Assembly (NCBI GenBank): GCA_045587385.1
Contig: JAZNCE010000128.1
Location: forward strand, 341-64,340
Length of the DNA stretch: 64,000 bases
Reading direction: 5' to 3'
Source: Eubacteriales bacterium
GTDB taxonomy: Bacteria; Bacillota; Clostridia; Oscillospirales; CAG-272
Each line of letters starts with the position of its first letter. Position 1 is the stretch's first letter. The translations under genes and the position numbers were made by a program. Below the pieces are notes generated by a model, which made no database searches, was not told where the DNA came from, and worked only from the letters and a program-made list of their open reading frames with translations. Shown piece after piece: positions 59,850-64,000 of this stretch.

Positions 59850-60581
59850 ATGCTGCTCAATTTATTACAATCGGGACTGAGTGCAGGCTTTGACAGCATG
59901 GATTTCAAGCTGTCATTGGTCTATATTCTGCTTTCTTTACCCATTATCATGTTCGCGCTGTCCGCGCATGAGACCGCACACGGTCTTGTGGCGTATTGGA
60001 TGGGCGACCCCACCGCTAAAAATCTCGGCAGATTGACGCTCAACCCCTTAAAGCACTTAAACCCTATCGGCTTTCTTTCCATGCTGATCGTGGGCTTTGG
60101 TTGGGCAAATCCCGTACCCATCAACACGCGCAACTTCAAAAATCCGCGCGTTGGCATGGCGATCTCGGGTATTGCGGGTCCTGTCTCCAATTTTTTGATT
60201 GCATCCGTCAGCCTGTTGCTCAGCATGCTTTTGCAGTTTATCCTGATTTTATCAGGCGTGCAGCAGCCGCACATTCTCATCGAGGTACTGGACATGTTCT
60301 TATTCATGAGCACCTACCTCAACCTTGCGCTGGCTGTGTTCAATCTCATCCCCGTCCCTCCCTTTGACGGCTCTCGCTTTGCCTACGTGCTTCTGCCTAC
60401 CAAGTGGTATTTCAAGGTCATGGAATACGAAAGAATCACGGGCATTGTGCTGATCGTCATTCTTGTGCTGCTCTCCCGCATTGGTATCTCTCCCGTCAGC
60501 ATCGTCGTCGAATTCTTGATGAATCTGATGGGAACACTCTTCGCGCTCCCCTTGAACCTCATTTTAAACGCGATTATTTAA
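59850..60581 (+). CDS. Site-2 protease (M50) family metalloprotease
   Basis: HETAH, GRLTLNPLKH, FNLIPVPPFDGSR. Confidence 0.93.
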   Translation: MLLNLLQSGLSAGFDSMDFKLSLVYILLSLPIIMFALSAHETAHGLVAYWMGDPTAKNLGRLTLNPLKHLNPIGFLSMLIVGFGWANPVPINTRNFKNPRVGMAISGIAGPVSNFLIASVSLLLSMLLQFILILSGVQQPHILIEVLDMFLFMSTYLNLALAVFNLIPVPPFDGSRFAYVLLPTKWYFKVMEYERITGIVLIVILVLLSRIGISPVSIVVEFLMNLMGTLFALPLNLILNAII

Positions 60582-60593
60582 CGGCGGTATATT

Positions 60594-61388
60594 ATGGCTG
60601 AATTAAAGTATAAAATTGAATCCTTCGACTTTGACGGTCCTTTGGATCTCTTGCTGACCCTGATACAGAAAAACAAGGTCAGCATCGAGGATATTCCCAT
60701 CGCGCTGATCTGCGACCAGTATCTTGCGTACATTTCGCAGGCGCAGAAGCTGGATCTGGAGGTCGCATCCGAATTTTTGGTCATGGCAAGCGAGCTGATT
60801 CTGATCAAGACCAAGATGCTGCTCCCTCGTGACGAAAAATCCGAGGAAAAGGATCCCCGTGCCGAGCTGGCTGACGCGCTGCTCAAATACCAGCAAGCCA
60901 AAGAGGGCGCGGCAAAGCTCAAGGTGAGATATGAAAAATACGTGGGACGTATGGTCAAGGATACCGACGAAATTTCGATCGACAAGACCTTTGTGGACGA
61001 CCAGCAGGTCACCTCTCTTTGCGCTGCGGTGCGCCGCATCATTGCCTACAACGAGGCAAACGACGGCAAGGAAAAGGTAGTCTTCTCCCCCATGATCTCC
61101 AAGCCCATCGTGCCCGTTGAGGCAAAAATCGTGGGCATTTTACACCGCATGAAAAAGAAGGAATGGACGCAAATGGAGGAGCTGCTCTCCGACTCGGTTT
61201 CTCACGCCGACATGATTGCCATTTTCTTGGGCGTGCTGGAGCTTCTCAAGGTGCGCGACATTCTGCTTGACGACGAGGACGCCAACGAGCACTCGCTCTA
61301 TACCTCGGGCGCAAAGCTGCGCATCAATCCCATTCCCGCAGATCAAAGACACCCCCAAAAACAAGACAGTGAGGTAGCAGAAGTATGA
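60594..61388 (+). CDS. scpA: Segregation/condensation protein A
   Basis: FDGPLDLLL, SEFLVMA, FLGVLELLK. Confidence 0.95.
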   Translation: MAELKYKIESFDFDGPLDLLLTLIQKNKVSIEDIPIALICDQYLAYISQAQKLDLEVASEFLVMASELILIKTKMLLPRDEKSEEKDPRAELADALLKYQQAKEGAAKLKVRYEKYVGRMVKDTDEISIDKTFVDDQQVTSLCAAVRRIIAYNEANDGKEKVVFSPMISKPIVPVEAKIVGILHRMKKKEWTQMEELLSDSVSHADMIAIFLGVLELLKVRDILLDDEDANEHSLYTSGAKLRINPIPADQRHPQKQDSEVAEV

Positions 61389-62032
61389 CAGAACAGCAAA
61401 TGCCCACCATTTCCGATATCGGTGAAGCCATTGAAGCGATTCTTTTCGCTGCGGGCTATCCCGTCAAATACGAAAAGCTTGCAGAGGTGCTCGGGCTTTC
61501 CGCGTCCGACGTCCGCCTGTTTTGCGAGCACATGGCAGAGGAATACCCAAAAGCCGGCAGAGGCATTCTGATGCTTTGCCTGCCCGAGACCTGCCAGCTG
61601 ACCACCAAGGAGCAATACATGCCCTATATCCGCGAAGCCCTTGGCATCAAGAGAGGCGGTAACCTCTCGGCTTCCTCGCTGGAGGTGCTTGCCATCGTGG
61701 CTTACAACCAGCCCGTCACCCGCGCTTACGTGGATGCGGTGCGCGGTGTGGACTCTTCTTATGCCGTCGGCTCTCTGCTGGACAAGAACTTGATCGAGGC
61801 TTGCGGCAGAATGGACGCTCCCGGCCGCCCCATGCTGTACGTCACCACCGATAAATTTTTGCGCGTATTCGGTCTGAACTCGCTTTCCGAGCTGCCCGAA
61901 ACCGAGGCACTCAGCATTGCTGCTGCACAAGCCGAGCAGGTGGAAATGGAGATCGAAGCCCCTGCCGAGGAGGCTGTGCCCGAGGGCGAATACACCGAGG
62001 TCGCAGAGGACGACGAGCGCGCGGAGATCTGA
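61385..62032 (+). CDS. scpB: Segregation/condensation protein B
   Basis: IEAILFAAG, LEVLAIVAYNQPVTR, PGRPMLY.TT.KFL..FGL. Confidence 0.96.
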   Translation: MTEQQMPTISDIGEAIEAILFAAGYPVKYEKLAEVLGLSASDVRLFCEHMAEEYPKAGRGILMLCLPETCQLTTKEQYMPYIREALGIKRGGNLSASSLEVLAIVAYNQPVTRAYVDAVRGVDSSYAVGSLLDKNLIEACGRMDAPGRPMLYVTTDKFLRVFGLNSLSELPETEALSIAAAQAEQVEMEIEAPAEEAVPEGEYTEVAEDDERAEI

Positions 62033-62066
62033 TCATCCAACGCAAATTCACGGAAAGGAGGCTGCC

Positions 62067-62852
62067 ATGCCACTCGCACTTAAAATCGTGCTGATCGTGA
62101 TCGCGGCTGTGATCGTGCTTGCACTTGCGCTTGTGCTTGCTCTGCTCGCCCTGCGCATCAAGCTCAAAATCGGCTATCGTGACACGTTATTTTTCAAGCT
62201 GTACATGGGCGGTATTCGGGTAGTCACCATTCCCAAGCCACCCAAAAAGCTGCGCAGACTGCGCACCTATACCAAGAAAAAAGCCATGCGCGCTGCAAAG
62301 AAGCACGCAAGGCACGCCGAGGATTATCTCGAAATGGTGCGTCAGCACGCGCTTTACCGCGCGCTGATGCAAAAATACGCGCAAAGCAAGGCGCAAAAGA
62401 AAAAGCCCGCGCCCTCGGGGGATGCAAAGCCCAAGGAAAAAAAGCCCGAAAGCAAATTGGACGTGGAAGTGCTTTTGCGCATGATCAGCGAGCTGATCGA
62501 AGCCTTTTTCGATGGCACGCGCAAGGGCCTGCACGTACACGTATGCCGCTTGCACGTAGACGTGGTCGGCAAGGACGCCGCGCAGACCGCGCTGATATGC
62601 GGCTCTTTGTGGGCAGCAGTCACCGAATTGCTTGCCGTCATTGACGCACACGCCGTGCTGCGCGTGCGCAAGACGGACGTGGACATCCGCCCCGATTACA
62701 CGGGCGACAAAACCCGCACGGATTTTTCTTTAGTCGTATCCTTCAGCGTATTCCGTACGCTGCACACGCTGCTCTCTCTCATTCCCGTTGTCCTCAGGCA
62801 TAAGGACACCCTGATGAAAAAGGCAGCCGTCCCAACACCTGCAAAACAATGA
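62067..62852 (+). CDS. DUF2953 / YtfI-like membrane protein
   Basis: Start MPLALK (RBS AAGGAGG); N-terminal TM; DAAQTALICG; upstream of ytfJ. Confidence 0.75.
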   Translation: MPLALKIVLIVIAAVIVLALALVLALLALRIKLKIGYRDTLFFKLYMGGIRVVTIPKPPKKLRRLRTYTKKKAMRAAKKHARHAEDYLEMVRQHALYRALMQKYAQSKAQKKKPAPSGDAKPKEKKPESKLDVEVLLRMISELIEAFFDGTRKGLHVHVCRLHVDVVGKDAAQTALICGSLWAAVTELLAVIDAHAVLRVRKTDVDIRPDYTGDKTRTDFSLVVSFSVFRTLHTLLSLIPVVLRHKDTLMKKAAVPTPAKQ

Positions 62853-62880
62853 TATTTCATATATGAAAGGAACTCTACGT

Positions 62881-63333
62881 ATGTCTGAAAACAACAAGAT
62901 CCAAGAAATCATCAAGGAATCTCTTGAAAACATCCGCTCTATCATTGACGCAAACACCGTTATCGGTACGCCCATGGAGACCTCCAACGGCGTCACCATC
63001 ATTCCCGTGTCCAAAATCGCTATGGGCTTTGCTTCGGGCGGCTTGGACTTTGACGGCAAGAAGGAAGCTTCCGCCAAGAATTTCGGCGGTGGCGGCGGCA
63101 CGGGTCTTTCGGTACAGCCCGTCGGCTTTTTGGTGATCTCCCATGAGGGACGCGTTGAGATGATCAACGTCGGTCAGAAGACTCCCAAGGACACCATCGA
63201 GCAGGTGGCTGACCTTCTGGAGCGCACCCCCGATATCGTGTACCGTCTGAAGGTCATCTTCGACAAGTTCAACGAAATGAAGAAGGACGGCGAGGCTCAG
63301 CCTGCGCTGGAGACCGAGAACAAGGACGAATAA
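62881..63333 (+). CDS. ytfJ: Sporulation protein YtfJ (GerW family)
   Basis: DANTVIGTP, IIPVSKIAMGFASGG, FGGGGGTGLSVQPVGFLVI. Confidence 0.93.
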   Translation: MSENNKIQEIIKESLENIRSIIDANTVIGTPMETSNGVTIIPVSKIAMGFASGGLDFDGKKEASAKNFGGGGGTGLSVQPVGFLVISHEGRVEMINVGQKTPKDTIEQVADLLERTPDIVYRLKVIFDKFNEMKKDGEAQPALETENKDE

Positions 63334-63396
63334 GACATACTTCCCCGTAAGGCTTCGTATACTGTAGCATTACCAAGCTTTCTATATGGGGGTACT

Positions 63397-64000
63397 ATGC
63401 AGAAAAATCCGATCAAAAGCATACTTTGCGCACTGTTGTGCATTGCTTTCTGTGTGCTTGGGTGCACATTGCCAACGCATGCGCTGGGCACAGAGATCAC
63501 CGTGCCTGCAACCGTTTGCGCAGGAGCAGCGATACTGATAGAGGCAGAAAGCGGACGCGTGCTGTATGAGCAGCATGCGCACACCCGCATGCCCATGGCG
63601 TCCACGACCAAGATCATGACCGCGCTGGTTGTGCTGGAGCATTGCGATCTGAGCGAGACCGTGTGCGTGGATGCACGTGCCGTGGGTGTGGAGGGCTCGT
63701 CGGTCTACCTGTACGAGGGAGAACGCTTGAGCGTTGAGCAGCTGCTCTTTGCGCTTATGCTGTCCTCTGCCAACGACGCTGCCGCCGCGCTTGCCTATCA
63801 TACCGCGGGCAGCATCGAGGGCTTTGCCGCACTGATGAATCAAAAGGCGAAATCGCTGGGACTGCAAAATACACAGTTTGCGAATCCCCACGGACTGGAT
63901 GCCAAGGGGCACTATACCTCGGCATACGATCTTGCCTGCATTGCATCGCACGCGCTGGAAAACGAGGTTTTTTTGCGCATCGTATCTACCCCCAAAAAAG
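63397..64000 (+). CDS. dacB: D-alanyl-D-alanine carboxypeptidase (S11, DacB-like; runs off window)
   Basis: Not in ORF track. MQKNPIK..., MASTTKIMT (SxxK), LSSAND, FANPHGLD, HYTSAYDL. Confidence 0.85.
   Translation, partial: MQKNPIKSILCALLCIAFCVLGCTLPTHALGTEITVPATVCAGAAILIEAESGRVLYEQHAHTRMPMASTTKIMTALVVLEHCDLSETVCVDARAVGVEGSSVYLYEGERLSVEQLLFALMLSSANDAAAALAYHTAGSIEGFAALMNQKAKSLGLQNTQFANPHGLDAKGHYTSAYDLACIASHALENEVFLRIVSTPKK

Overview
Chromosomal window from a spore-forming Clostridia-type Firmicute (inferred from the complete spoIIIAA-AH operon, dacB-ytfJ-scpAB and Firmicute-type gene orders). Most of it is housekeeping: miaB-ylbF/ymcA-mutS-mutL; infC-rpmI-rplT; dprA-topA-trmFO-rnc-radical SAM-smc-ftsY-rdgB-yhbY-nadD-yqeK-rsfS; lon-engB-lysA-S2P-scpAB. 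Accessory parts: (i) an ECF sigma/anti-sigma pair followed by AT-rich orphan genes, ending in a 48-codon ORF exactly bracketed by two palindromic 35-bp repeats; (ii) a large CotH-kinase/RCC1 lipoprotein; (iii) five tandem solute-binding lipoproteins with no permease nearby, three sharing a near-identical N-terminal module; (iv) three tandem paralogous surface proteins. Operons (iii, last three genes) and (iv) share an ECF-type promoter. There is also a GH99/GH71-like surface glycosidase and a ~180-nt structured RNA with its own promoter and terminator upstream of lon. Intergenic DNA holds several palindromic elements, including two arrays of a constant 7-mer separated by variable hairpins with 3-nt loops. 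I saw no tRNA, rRNA, CRISPR array, transposase or integrase. All family calls come from motif recognition by eye; no searches were run.
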